From: a virus
Reading direction: 5' to 3' (one strand)
Virus record (IMG/VR): IMGVR_UViG_3300045988_161286
DNA: 64,000 nucleotides
In this document: piece after piece, positions 45,956 through 55,362 of the stretch
How the letters are laid out: every line of letters begins with the position of its first letter
Position numbering within the stretch: position 1 is the first letter of the stretch
Made by a program: the position numbers and the translations under genes
The notes under the pieces: model-generated
What the model saw: only the letters and a program-made list of their open reading frames with translations
Told to the model about the DNA's origin: nothing
The model's database searches: none

Positions 45956-46213
45956 ATGGAAAACAAAATACATAGAACAGTAATGTTACACATTCAGCTT
46001 CAGCGAGATGATTTTGACGATTTTCTTCACATAGCAGATGAATTAATGAGTGGCATTATTGAAGTAGCACAAGGCAAGGAAGTGTTGTCCGGCAAAAGTC
46101 TACTTGGATTAATGCTTATAGACACAAATAAGCCACAAACACTTATTATCAGAGGGTTTTTCACTGATGATTATGTGGATAAATTTAGAAAATGGGAAAT
46201 TAAGGAAGGGTGA
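45956..46213 (+). CDS. HPr-like fold protein (degenerate), copy 2
   Basis: VAQGKEVLSGKSLLGLMLIDTNKPQTLIIRG fits the HPr pattern more closely. Confidence 0.5.
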   Translation: MENKIHRTVMLHIQLQRDDFDDFLHIADELMSGIIEVAQGKEVLSGKSLLGLMLIDTNKPQTLIIRGFFTDDYVDKFRKWEIKEG

Positions 46214-46217
46214 TTAT

Positions 46218-46868
46218 ATCCGATTTGGTAAGAAGATAGCAAGTTTATGGGTAATGTTAGGTATGATGTTTGGCTTTTCAGCTTGTGGAGAACCAAACAT
46301 CTCCACTCCTGACACTGCAACACGAGACACAGCCACTAAAGATACGGTAGTTAAATCAACAACGCAACCTACAACCGTGCAAGTCGCAACAGAACCAACA
46401 ACAGTAAAACCAACTGAGAAAACTAAAAAAGACAAGAAGAAGGTCAAAACAACCTCTCCTCCTACAGAACCACCAACAGAAAAAGTTGAAGTTCAAGCAG
46501 AAACAAAAACTATTACAAAATCAAATAATACATATAACACATCGTCAGATGAAGTAGATTTGTTGGCAAGAGTGATTTATTGCGAAGCGGGTAATTGTAG
46601 CGAGTATTGTCAATGGCTGGTAGGCTCAACGGCAATGAATTTAGCCGACAGCAACGGTGGATTGAGAGCAGTAGCTTTTGATTATAATACATTCAATGTG
46701 GCAGGTATTCTTTACACGAGAGATCCGAGCGAGTTGTCTTATTCAGTTGCTCAAAGGATATTGAGTGGTGATAGAGATTATAATGTCAAAGCGTTCAGAA
46801 TGAGTTGTTATCATTCATTTGGAGCACCGTATGCAGTGGTAGATAATGTTTATTTCAGCAGTTACTAA
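46218..46868 (+). CDS. lipoprotein cell-wall hydrolase (SleB/CwlJ-type domain)
   Basis: ATC 46218 lies 7 nt after AAGGAAGGG and yields a textbook signal peptide, (M)RFGKKIASLWVMLGMMFGFSAC. This is followed by a T/P-rich linker and the ARVIYCEAGN hydrolase domain. The track start at 46167 overlaps the previous gene. Confidence 0.7.
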   Translation: MRFGKKIASLWVMLGMMFGFSACGEPNISTPDTATRDTATKDTVVKSTTQPTTVQVATEPTTVKPTEKTKKDKKKVKTTSPPTEPPTEKVEVQAETKTITKSNNTYNTSSDEVDLLARVIYCEAGNCSEYCQWLVGSTAMNLADSNGGLRAVAFDYNTFNVAGILYTRDPSELSYSVAQRILSGDRDYNVKAFRMSCYHSFGAPYAVVDNVYFSSY

Positions 46869-46880
46869 AAGGAGATAATA

Positions 46881-47486
46881 ATGGCTGTTAAATCAATTGT
46901 ATTAGTTCTCGGAGCTTCAGGCTCTGGTAAGGATTACTTAGTAGACAAAGTTTGTAAGGAATATAACCGTAAAAAGGTTGTATCTTATACAACAAGACCA
47001 AGAAGAGATAATGAATCTCCAAACTCACACATTTTTGTGACAGATGAGGAATTTGATAAACTGACCAATATTGTGGCTTATACCGAGTTTAACGGTTACA
47101 GATATTGTGCAACTCAGCAACAAATTGATGACGCTGATTTTTACATAATTGATCCGAGAGGATTTGAAGATTTCAAGAATAATTACAAAGGCGATAAACT
47201 AATTGATTCTGTACTGATAGATTGTCCTGCTGTTGAAAGATTCTTGAGGATGAAGAAAAGGTATAAAGACAGCAAAACAGGGACGGTAAAAGCTATGGAG
47301 CGTATTATAAACGACCGTAAAGAGTTTAAAGATATTGAAGAAAAAGTTGACTATGTAATCTCAAATCGCACTGAGGAAGATGTTAAAGACTGTGTGTTCT
47401 TGCTCAAAACAATGCCAGAAACTACAGAATTTGTGAACAAGTTTGTAGAAGGACAGTCAAAATATGACAAAGAGAAAATACAATGA
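46881..47486 (+). CDS. guanylate kinase-like nucleotide kinase
   Basis: P-loop GASGSGKD. SYTTRPRRDNE ... HIFV resembles the guanylate kinase signature. Confidence 0.7.
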   Translation: MAVKSIVLVLGASGSGKDYLVDKVCKEYNRKKVVSYTTRPRRDNESPNSHIFVTDEEFDKLTNIVAYTEFNGYRYCATQQQIDDADFYIIDPRGFEDFKNNYKGDKLIDSVLIDCPAVERFLRMKKRYKDSKTGTVKAMERIINDRKEFKDIEEKVDYVISNRTEEDVKDCVFLLKTMPETTEFVNKFVEGQSKYDKEKIQ

Positions 47487-47506
47487 AGTTCATAGAGGTG
47501 AATTAA

Positions 47507-47890
47507 ATGATTGATTGTAATATTACTACAAATTACCTTACCGAAAGGTATAGAATGACACAAAAGGGTAAACTTTGCGAAGTGTGCTATGGGACTGAAT
47601 GCCCTCTATGTGCTAAAAATAACGGTGTAGGAATAGCATGCGTAGAGCTTGAGTCATCTTATCCCGAAAAAGCAATTTCAATAGTACAGCGGTGGAGCGA
47701 TGAACATCCGCAGAGGACTTATTTGAGTGAGTTCTTGGAACACTATCCAAATGCCTCACTTCATGATGATGGTACTCCGCATCTTTGCCCCTCTGATTTA
47801 GGATGGAACGATAGCAGGAAATGTAGAGAGCAGAGTAACTGCGTTGAATGTTGGAGTCAGATTATTCCTATTGAGGAAGATGAAGAGTGA
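47507..47890 (+). CDS. Cys-rich hypothetical protein, paralog of 18247-18630
   Basis: The block SYPEKAISIVQRWSDEHPQRTYLSEF ... CVECW is shared with the other copy. Confidence 0.8.
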   Translation: MIDCNITTNYLTERYRMTQKGKLCEVCYGTECPLCAKNNGVGIACVELESSYPEKAISIVQRWSDEHPQRTYLSEFLEHYPNASLHDDGTPHLCPSDLGWNDSRKCREQSNCVECWSQIIPIEEDEE

Positions 47891-47965
47891 TAACAAGAGA
47901 TAGCCTTGAGAAGTATCTTGATAGCGGAGTTTTTCGCAAAGAAAATTAATGAAAGAGGTGTAAAA

Positions 47966-48178
47966 ATGATGAAGTATGAAAGTGTTTGTAATTCTGATGT
48001 GCTTGATGCAGTTGCAAACGGTGAAAAAATTTTATTAATTGACAGATTAATGGAAAGTATTGACAGTGTAGACGAAATAAGCACAAGAGATTTAGCGATT
48101 GCAATAAAAGCTGAAAACAAAGATAACAGATATGAGTTTTACAAGGATGTGAAAATAAATGAGAATTTATCAGTGTGA
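47966..48178 (+). CDS. hypothetical protein
   Basis: In-frame ATG 47966 after AAAGAGGTG. Confidence 0.6.
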   Translation: MMKYESVCNSDVLDAVANGEKILLIDRLMESIDSVDEISTRDLAIAIKAENKDNRYEFYKDVKINENLSV

Positions 48179-48359
48179 TAGTTGTTACAAAATTATCTCA
48201 AATCCGTACATAGTTAAAATGAAGGAATTTTATATAGGGATTGATACTGAATACTTTACTCGGATTAAAACTCCTATCGAACGCAAGAGAAAAATTAAAA
48301 TACAGCTATGTGATGATTGTTACAAAGGCTTACATCTTATTGCTGAAAAAGGTGGGTGA
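48159..48359 (+). CDS. small Zn-ribbon-like protein (66 aa)
   Basis: CDSC ... CDDC pairs. Track ORF. Confidence 0.6.
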   Translation: MRIYQCDSCYKIISNPYIVKMKEFYIGIDTEYFTRIKTPIERKRKIKIQLCDDCYKGLHLIAEKGG

Positions 48360-48365
48360 TATTTA

Positions 48366-48542
48366 ATGAAATATTATTATAAACTAATCAATAATGAAAC
48401 AAATGAAATAGAGAGTTATATAGCAAGTCCTGTGTATATAATTCCTGAAAACCTTTGTGATGTACTTGAACTTAGTGGATATCACGCTATAAATTGTACA
48501 AAACAGGAATATGACGAAGAATCGTATGATGAAAATACCTGA
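48366..48542 (+). CDS. hypothetical protein (58 aa)
   Basis: Not in the track. ATG shortly after the previous stop. Confidence 0.5.
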   Translation: MKYYYKLINNETNEIESYIASPVYIIPENLCDVLELSGYHAINCTKQEYDEESYDENT

Positions 48543-48617
48543 ACTAAAAATCAAGCCTTGTCTGAGTTGCGGTGTAAAAAATAGATAAGGAGTAAACGAA
48601 AGGAATGGGGAAGATGA

Positions 48618-48761
48618 ATGACGGTTTCTGAATTGTGCCATTTGTTACAATATTTGGTGGCTGATGGGAAAGGTGATTATCAGGTTACTTGTGAAGCTTT
48701 TACTGTTGGCACTGACGATGACATCGAAATAGATAATAACAATAAAGAGATTTCATTTTGA
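48618..48761 (+). CDS. hypothetical protein (47 aa)
   Basis: Not in the track. ATG after GGGGAAG. Low confidence. Confidence 0.35.
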   Translation: MTVSELCHLLQYLVADGKGDYQVTCEAFTVGTDDDIEIDNNNKEISF

Positions 48762-48822
48762 AAGGTGGTGATGTATATGCTTGTAAACAGCAACGCTGAT
48801 AAATAAAGTTAGGAGGAATTGA

Positions 48823-49533
48823 ATGAAGAAATTTGAAAAAACAGTGTATGTCAGCCACAAATACGGTGGTGACAAAAACAATCTCAAAGAGGTTGAAGAA
48901 ATTATTAAAACACAGCAAAAGAAACATCCGAATTATATGTTCATTTCGCCGATGCATATGTTTGGCTTTCTGTACAACGATATGTCTTATGAAGATGGGC
49001 TTGAACTTTGTCTGTATCAGCTTTCCGAATGTGATGAAATATGGGTGACAGGCGAAAAATGGTACGATTCAACAGGTGTTATCAAGGAAATTGAGTACGC
49101 AAACGCACATAAAATTGATGTTTTATTCGTAAAAAATGCAGAAGATAATCCGCACAAAGTTGAAGGTTATGATTATGTCAAAGGTTTGATTGATGGAATA
49201 AAGGCAAACAAAGTTAGTAGCGATAAGACGCCTGTACCAACAGCACCAGTTATACATAAATATGACAACACATGTGAGAACACTAAAAGTGCATACATAA
49301 ATGAGGACAATATTATTCGTACTTATATAGCTTATAATGTTGTTGATCCTCTTGTAAGGAATTTTATGAATATATGTGGTGTACAGATTCTTACCAAATG
49401 TCCTTTCTGCAAATCTGTAAATAAAATCACACTTAAGGAAAGAAGTCCAGTAAGCACACCTTGTAACAATTGTCATAACCTGCTTAACTTTAGTCATCTT
49501 ACATATGGTGATATTCTCAGGAAGAATGGGTGA
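48823..49533 (+). CDS. nucleoside 2-deoxyribosyltransferase-like (DUF4406-like) domain plus C-terminal Zn-ribbon
   Basis: YVSHKYGGD ... FISPMHMF ... LSECDEIWVTG ... GVIKEIEYA pattern, then CPFCKS ... CNNCHN. Confidence 0.55.
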   Translation: MKKFEKTVYVSHKYGGDKNNLKEVEEIIKTQQKKHPNYMFISPMHMFGFLYNDMSYEDGLELCLYQLSECDEIWVTGEKWYDSTGVIKEIEYANAHKIDVLFVKNAEDNPHKVEGYDYVKGLIDGIKANKVSSDKTPVPTAPVIHKYDNTCENTKSAYINEDNIIRTYIAYNVVDPLVRNFMNICGVQILTKCPFCKSVNKITLKERSPVSTPCNNCHNLLNFSHLTYGDILRKNG

Positions 49534-49538
49534 TAGGT

Positions 49539-51716
49539 ATGAAAGTAATTAAACGAGATGGTCGAGAAGTTGATTTTGATAAATCAAAGATTGTTTCTGC
49601 AATTGGAAAAGCAAATAGCGAATCCCTTCAGAACCACGAAAAAACATTGTCTGATGATGAAATTAAAAATATTGCTACAAGAATTTATGATAAGCTCAGA
49701 CGAAGTAAGCGAATTTATTCAGTTGAAGATATACAGGATTTAATTGAAGAATACATAGATAAATACGGTTGTTTCTCTTTGGCAAAAAGATACACACTTT
49801 ACCGATACAAGCAGAGTTTAATCCGTAAGAAGAACACTACTGACGATACAATCCTTTCACTGATTGATTTAAGTAACGAGAACATCAAACAGGAAAACTC
49901 AAATAAAAACCCCACTATTATTCCTACACAGCGTGACTATATGGCAGGTGAGGTCAGCAAAGATTTGACTGATAGAGTTTTACTTCCCCAAGATATTGTT
50001 GAGGCTGACAGAGAAGGAATTATTCATTTCCACGATAAAGATTACTTTGCACAACATACTTATAATTGTTGCTTATGTAATCTTGATGATATGCTCCAGA
50101 ACGGAACGGTTATCAGTGGCACTATGATTGAAAAACCACATAGTTTTTCAACGGCTTGTACAATTGCAACACAGATTATTGCTCAGGTTGCCAGCAGTCA
50201 ATATGGCGGACAGAGTATCAGTCTTACTGCTCTTGCACCGTTTGTGGATATTAGCCGACAGCGCATTAAAGATGAGTTGAGAAGAGAGTGGAGTCAGTGT
50301 GGATTTAAAACTGACGAAAATAAGATTGCCGAGATAGCCGAAGAAAGACTTCAAAAGGAAATCAACAAAGGTGTTCAGACAATCCAATATCAAGTGGAAA
50401 CACTTTTGACAACTAATGGACAAGCCCCTTTTATCACAGTGTTTATGTATCTTAACGAGGCTAAAAACGAGCAGGAAAAGCACGACCTCGCTATGGTTAT
50501 TGAAGAAACACTTAATCAAAGGTATGAAGGTGTAAAAAATGAAAAGGGTGTATGGATTACACCTGCGTTTCCAAAGCTTATTTATGTACTTGAAGAGGAT
50601 AACATTACTGAGGACAGCAAGTATTGGTATTTAACAAAATTAGCTGCAAAGTGCTCGGCTAAAAGGCTTGTTCCAGATTATATATCTGAAAAGGTGATGA
50701 AAAAGCTAAAAGAAGGAAATTGTTTCCCTTCGATGGGTTGTAGAAGCTTTTTATCACCGTACAAAGAAAATGGTGAATACAAATTCTATGGCAGATTCAA
50801 CAAAGGTGTAGTTACAATCAATCTTGTTGATGTAGCATTATCGTCAGGTAAAGATAAAGAGAAGTTTTGGAAGATTTTCGATGAGAGATTGGAGCTGTGT
50901 CATAAAGCCCTCTTGTGCAGATATGAGAGGCTGAAAGGAACAGTGTCGGATGTAGCTCCGATTATTTGGCAACACGGTGCATTAGCAAGACTTCAGAAAG
51001 GTGAAACCATTGATAAGTTACTTGTTGGTGGTTATTCGTCAATATCACTTGGTTATGCAGGATTGTATGAGTGTGTAAAGTATATGACAGGCAAATCTCA
51101 TACAGACCCGGAAGTAACACCATTCGCACTTGATATTATGAGATATATGAATAAGAAGTGTGACGAATGGAATGAACAACTTGATTTAGGTTTCTCATTG
51201 TATGGCTCTCCGATTGAAAGTACAACATATAAATTTGCAAAATGTTTACAGCGAAGATTCGGCATTATCGAAGGTATTACTGATAAGAATTACATTACAA
51301 ATAGTTATCATGTAAATGTCAGAGAGCCTATTGACGCCTTTGCAAAGCTGAAATTTGAATCACAATTTCAAGAATTAAGTTTAGGCGGAGCAATCAGCTA
51401 TATTGAAACCTCTAATTTGCAAAATAATCCAGAAGCAGTTCTTTCTGTTATGAAATTTATCTACGACAATATTATGTACGCTGAGTTAAATACTAAAAGT
51501 GATTACTGTCAAGCGTGCGGATATGACGGAGAAATTGAGGTAATAGAAGATGAAAACGGCAAGCTTATTTGGAAATGTCCAAACTGTGGAAACACCGATG
51601 AAGGCAAATTGAACATCTGTCGGAGGACTTGCGGTTATCTCGGAACTAACTTCTGGAATCAAGGAAGAACGCAAGAAATCAAAGAAAGATATGTGCATTT
51701 AGGTGGCAACGAGTGA
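49539..51716 (+). CDS. nrdD: anaerobic ribonucleoside-triphosphate reductase
   Basis: Begins MKVIKRDGREV (ATP-cone). C-terminal Zn site CQACG ... CPNCG and glycyl-radical motif RRTCGYLG. Confidence 0.9.
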   Translation: MKVIKRDGREVDFDKSKIVSAIGKANSESLQNHEKTLSDDEIKNIATRIYDKLRRSKRIYSVEDIQDLIEEYIDKYGCFSLAKRYTLYRYKQSLIRKKNTTDDTILSLIDLSNENIKQENSNKNPTIIPTQRDYMAGEVSKDLTDRVLLPQDIVEADREGIIHFHDKDYFAQHTYNCCLCNLDDMLQNGTVISGTMIEKPHSFSTACTIATQIIAQVASSQYGGQSISLTALAPFVDISRQRIKDELRREWSQCGFKTDENKIAEIAEERLQKEINKGVQTIQYQVETLLTTNGQAPFITVFMYLNEAKNEQEKHDLAMVIEETLNQRYEGVKNEKGVWITPAFPKLIYVLEEDNITEDSKYWYLTKLAAKCSAKRLVPDYISEKVMKKLKEGNCFPSMGCRSFLSPYKENGEYKFYGRFNKGVVTINLVDVALSSGKDKEKFWKIFDERLELCHKALLCRYERLKGTVSDVAPIIWQHGALARLQKGETIDKLLVGGYSSISLGYAGLYECVKYMTGKSHTDPEVTPFALDIMRYMNKKCDEWNEQLDLGFSLYGSPIESTTYKFAKCLQRRFGIIEGITDKNYITNSYHVNVREPIDAFAKLKFESQFQELSLGGAISYIETSNLQNNPEAVLSVMKFIYDNIMYAELNTKSDYCQACGYDGEIEVIEDENGKLIWKCPNCGNTDEGKLNICRRTCGYLGTNFWNQGRTQEIKERYVHLGGNE

Positions 51717-52213
51717 ATTATATAAAAATCACTAAACACGATATTGCCAATGGAGTTGGAGTCAGAGTTGTACTATGGGTAAGCGGTTGCACCGTTCATT
51801 GTTATAATTGCCAAAATCCTTCGACTTGGGATTTTACAGCCGGACAACCATTTACTAATGACACTATGACAGAATTACTTGAAGCGTTAAGTCCTGATTA
51901 TATATCGGGGCTAACGCTCTCAGGTGGGCATCCATTGGAGCAAGCAAATCAACAACAAATATCTAATATTGTAAAAACGGTCAAAATCAAATTGCCAAGC
52001 AAAACAATATGGCTATATACAGGTTATACATACGAACAGATATTGAAATCTAAGTTTATTGTAAACGAAATCTTGCCTTATATAGATATTCTTGTTGACG
52101 GTAAATATGATAAGTCGCAAAGAGACATCACACTTGCTTGGTGTGGCTCATCAAACCAAAGAGTAATCAAAGTTCAAGAAAGTTTGAAATTAGGACAAGT
52201 AGTAACACTATAA
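51713..52213 (+). CDS. nrdG: anaerobic RNR activating protein (radical SAM)
   Basis: GTGA overlap with nrdD. Contains NGVGVRVVLWVSGCTVHCYNCQNP (CxxxCxxC). Confidence 0.85.
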   Translation: MNYIKITKHDIANGVGVRVVLWVSGCTVHCYNCQNPSTWDFTAGQPFTNDTMTELLEALSPDYISGLTLSGGHPLEQANQQQISNIVKTVKIKLPSKTIWLYTGYTYEQILKSKFIVNEILPYIDILVDGKYDKSQRDITLAWCGSSNQRVIKVQESLKLGQVVTL

Positions 52214-52226
52214 GGAGATTGTAAAT

Positions 52227-53087
52227 ATAAATTATTTGAAAAATCCTTTTAATTATATTGGTGGTAAATATAAATTGCTGCCTCAGATTCTACCTCTCTT
52301 TCCGAAGGAAATTGATAAATTTGTAGATTTGTTCGGTGGGGGTGGAGAAGTTTCACTAAATGTGAATGCCAAACAGGTGGTGTATAACGACAAATGTAAA
52401 CCACTTGTTAATATCTTCAGAAATCTTGATAGCAAATTCGTAGACGAAGTTAAAGAAATGATTGATACATACAAATTGAACAAGTTTAGTAAGCAAGAAT
52501 TTCTTAATTTAAGAAGTTACTATAATACAAATCTGAAAGATAATCTTGATAGAGAAAATGCAGTAGTTTTATATTGCTTAATTACTCACGCATTTAACTA
52601 TCAAATAGCCTTTAATAAGAATAGAGAGTTTAATATGCCATCTGGTGCAAGCAGGTCTTACTTCTCTAAGTCGTTAGAAGATAAACTTGTAAAATACATA
52701 GAAGCTATCGACAAGAAAAATATTAGTTTTTACAGTAGCGATTTCCATAATTTGAATTTAGATTCGCCAGAATTTAATGACACTTTCTATTATTGTGATC
52801 CGCCTTATCTTATTACTGTTGGTGGATATGAACGAGATTATTTTTGTAAATGGTCAGAAGATTATGAGAGAGAGCTTCTTAATTTACTTGACATTATTAA
52901 CTCAAAAGGTGGTAAATTTGCTTTGTCGAATGTTACAGAACACAAAGGCAAAGAAAATACAATTCTCAAAGAGTGGAGCAAGAACTACAACACACATTAT
53001 CTAATCAAAGACTACAATAATTGCAACTATCAAACTAAGGTAAAAACAGGCAACAGTTCAATAGAAGTTTTAATCACAAATTATTAA
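52227..53087 (+). CDS. dam: N6-adenine DNA methyltransferase (Dam/D12 class)
   Basis: NYIGGKYKLL, FGGGG, and DPPY (YCDPPYL). ATA 52227 lies 9 nt after AAGGAG. The track TTG at 52236 lies 18 nt from the SD. Confidence 0.8.
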   Translation: MNYLKNPFNYIGGKYKLLPQILPLFPKEIDKFVDLFGGGGEVSLNVNAKQVVYNDKCKPLVNIFRNLDSKFVDEVKEMIDTYKLNKFSKQEFLNLRSYYNTNLKDNLDRENAVVLYCLITHAFNYQIAFNKNREFNMPSGASRSYFSKSLEDKLVKYIEAIDKKNISFYSSDFHNLNLDSPEFNDTFYYCDPPYLITVGGYERDYFCKWSEDYERELLNLLDIINSKGGKFALSNVTEHKGKENTILKEWSKNYNTHYLIKDYNNCNYQTKVKTGNSSIEVLITNY

Positions 53088-53102
53088 AGGAGATGACGAA
53101 AA

Positions 53103-53477
53103 ATCAAAACAGCTAAAGAGTTAGAAGATACAATCAACTTTTTCACACAAACAACAGAAGATTATCAAAACAATACTGAAAACGAATCATTACACGACTA
53201 CGAAACACAAGATATCTTACATAAACTTGAACTTGAAGATGTGTCGTATCACGACACTGCCAAACTTGGAAAAGCCCTAATGAAAGTTAGAGAGAACCGC
53301 AGAAAAGCAAAAGATAGTGTAGAACTTAATGCTCCATTAGCAGAATGGATTCAGTCACATTCTGATGTGTTGAAATCATTGCAAAAAATTCTTGGAGAAA
53401 CCAGAAAAATTGAGGACAAACAGCGTAGAAGAATGTATGTCCCAAGAACGAAGATTGTTGAGGAGGTAATTCATTGA
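53103..53477 (+). CDS. hypothetical protein; start ambiguous
   Basis: The frame is open from 53097. ATC 53103 lies 10 nt after AAAGGAG. Alternatively ATG 53093 joins this frame if the A5 run at 53099-53103 is one A too long. The track GTG at 53241 truncates a plausible N-terminus. Confidence 0.55.
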   Translation: MKTAKELEDTINFFTQTTEDYQNNTENESLHDYETQDILHKLELEDVSYHDTAKLGKALMKVRENRRKAKDSVELNAPLAEWIQSHSDVLKSLQKILGETRKIEDKQRRRMYVPRTKIVEEVIH

Positions 53478-53794
53478 TAAATACAGGGTGGGCATTTAAG
53501 CCTAATGGGAATGAACTTCGTGAAGAAAATCTTGCAATATATAAGAAACTTGCACCGAAAGCAAAATCGATTTGGCTGAATTTTCACACAAAGAAGTACG
53601 ATGTTACACAAGACGATTTGCAGAATTATATGTGTTACACGCAGAAGGGATATGGTTACGGTAACATTACATACAAGGTGTTGAGTAATCCGTTCAATTT
53701 CACAGAAGATGAACAGGCTCTGATTTGCGATGGTGGCAATCTTTGTTTCGGCTATCGTAAATTGGGCAACTTAATTACGATTTATACAGATTAA
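53474..53794 (+). CDS. hypothetical protein (106 aa)
   Basis: TTG start 7 nt after GAGGAGG. Confidence 0.7.
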   Translation: MINTGWAFKPNGNELREENLAIYKKLAPKAKSIWLNFHTKKYDVTQDDLQNYMCYTQKGYGYGNITYKVLSNPFNFTEDEQALICDGGNLCFGYRKLGNLITIYTD

Positions 53795-53883
53795 ATTGTT
53801 CCAATCCAACATTAGTTAGCTTAGATACACAACATAAAAACACAAGAAATGAATGTTTGTTTAAATGGAAAGGAGAAGAATGA

Positions 53884-54219
53884 ATGAACATTGTACAAGT
53901 AAGACATCTACAAGATAAAAACGCCAAAAGATATACATATAAAGTTCCAGATGACGAATCCCTTAATAAAGGAGATATGGTTCTGGCACGAAATGCTAAT
54001 GGCAAAGAAAGCGTTGCAATTTGTGTTACAGATAGCGAAAACCTTTCGACTAATGCCATTGATATGATTATGTGTGGTGCTGAAGTGCTGAGCGAAGTTA
54101 TTGGAATATATAAAATTTATAAGTTTAAAACTGAATCCGAGATAGATTTGGAAAATACCGCAAGTGAATACACACAAGCAATAGCAAAATATCATACAGC
54201 AACAAATCCAGAGGTGTAA
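53884..54219 (+). CDS. hypothetical protein (111 aa)
   Basis: ATG after AAAGGAGAAG. Confidence 0.7.
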   Translation: MNIVQVRHLQDKNAKRYTYKVPDDESLNKGDMVLARNANGKESVAICVTDSENLSTNAIDMIMCGAEVLSEVIGIYKIYKFKTESEIDLENTASEYTQAIAKYHTATNPEV

Positions 54220-54221
54220 AA

Positions 54222-55358
54222 ATGGCAGATAAAACACGAGTTTTAAATAATATCAATGTGTTGTCTCTTTTTGATGGAATGTCGTGTGGTATGCTTGCTT
54301 TGCAACGAGCAGGCATTACAGTGAAAAATTACGATGCCTACGAAATAGATAAATACGCAATTCAAGTTTCTAAACATAATTTTCCTAATATAAAACAACA
54401 CGGTGATGTTTTTGATACTGATTATAAACAATATGAAAATATTGATATTCTTATGGGGGGGAGTCCTTGTACTTATTGGTCAATTGCACAACGAAAAAAC
54501 CGTGAAACCGAAGCCAGCGGTCTTGGATGGGATTTGTTTCAACAATACATAAAGGCATTAAATACAGTTAAACCCAAATATTTCATCTATGAAAACAACT
54601 ATTCGATGAGTAAAGATATACGCAAAAGCATTGATGAAGCATTTGGCATTGAAGCTATAATGATTAATTCAGCTTTACTATCGGCACAACAACGAAAGAG
54701 ATTATATTGGGTAGGTTGCAGACAAGATGATGGTACTTATCGGCAAGTGCCAATAAACCAACCACCAAATCTTGGAATTAAAGTAAAGGATATTTTAGAT
54801 AGCGGAAAAGCATGGACAGATAAGTCTTATTGTTTGACTAAAAGTTACAATGGAGCTGTCATTTGGAATACGCTTGAGAGGAAGCAAAGGACTATGATAG
54901 CAGAACCATTAGAAACAGATTTCACTCCTAAGAAAATTGGTGCTTTGCCAAGACCAAATGGGGAATTAAGTAATAGTCAAGGTTTTCGTTTGTACTCGGT
55001 TGATAATAAAGGAGTGTCTTTAACTGCTAATGGAGGTGGTGTTGGAACTAAAACAGGGTTATATGCAGTACCATTCAATTCAAAAAAAGAGCATAACCAA
55101 AATTCTTTGTGTTATAGCGTTTCAGATAAAACTGTAAACATTAAAGGAAATACATATCCAATCAACCTCAGCGATGGATTGTATCAATTTAGAAAGTTAT
55201 CTATTGCAGAATGTAAAAAACTCCAAACTGTACCAGACACCTTTGACTTTAGTGTCGTTAGTGATAATCAAGCATATAAATGCTTAGGAAATGGTTGGAC
55301 GGTAGATGTTATTGCTTGGTTGTTAGAAGCTATCAAGACCGCAAATACAAAGGAGTGA
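54222..55358 (+). CDS. dcm: C5-cytosine DNA methyltransferase
   Basis: FDGMSCG (motif I), GGSPCTYWS (PC, motif IV), ENNY (motif VI), QQRKR (motif VIII), GNGWTV (motif X). Confidence 0.85.
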   Translation: MADKTRVLNNINVLSLFDGMSCGMLALQRAGITVKNYDAYEIDKYAIQVSKHNFPNIKQHGDVFDTDYKQYENIDILMGGSPCTYWSIAQRKNRETEASGLGWDLFQQYIKALNTVKPKYFIYENNYSMSKDIRKSIDEAFGIEAIMINSALLSAQQRKRLYWVGCRQDDGTYRQVPINQPPNLGIKVKDILDSGKAWTDKSYCLTKSYNGAVIWNTLERKQRTMIAEPLETDFTPKKIGALPRPNGELSNSQGFRLYSVDNKGVSLTANGGGVGTKTGLYAVPFNSKKEHNQNSLCYSVSDKTVNIKGNTYPINLSDGLYQFRKLSIAECKKLQTVPDTFDFSVVSDNQAYKCLGNGWTVDVIAWLLEAIKTANTKE

Positions 55359-55362
55359 TTTA

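Noticed and set aside
48526-48588. Lar-like restriction-alleviation start (MMKIPELKIKPCLSCG...).
   Set aside because: It is only 20 codons long, and all three frames terminate right after it. No single homopolymer change restores a longer ORF, so it is at best a gene remnant.
42481-51716. Inteins or group I introns in dnaE, nrdD or thyX, which are common in phages.
   Set aside because: The ORFs are continuous, of normal length, and have catalytic motifs in the expected order. No inserted GC-rich or endonuclease-like segment was seen.
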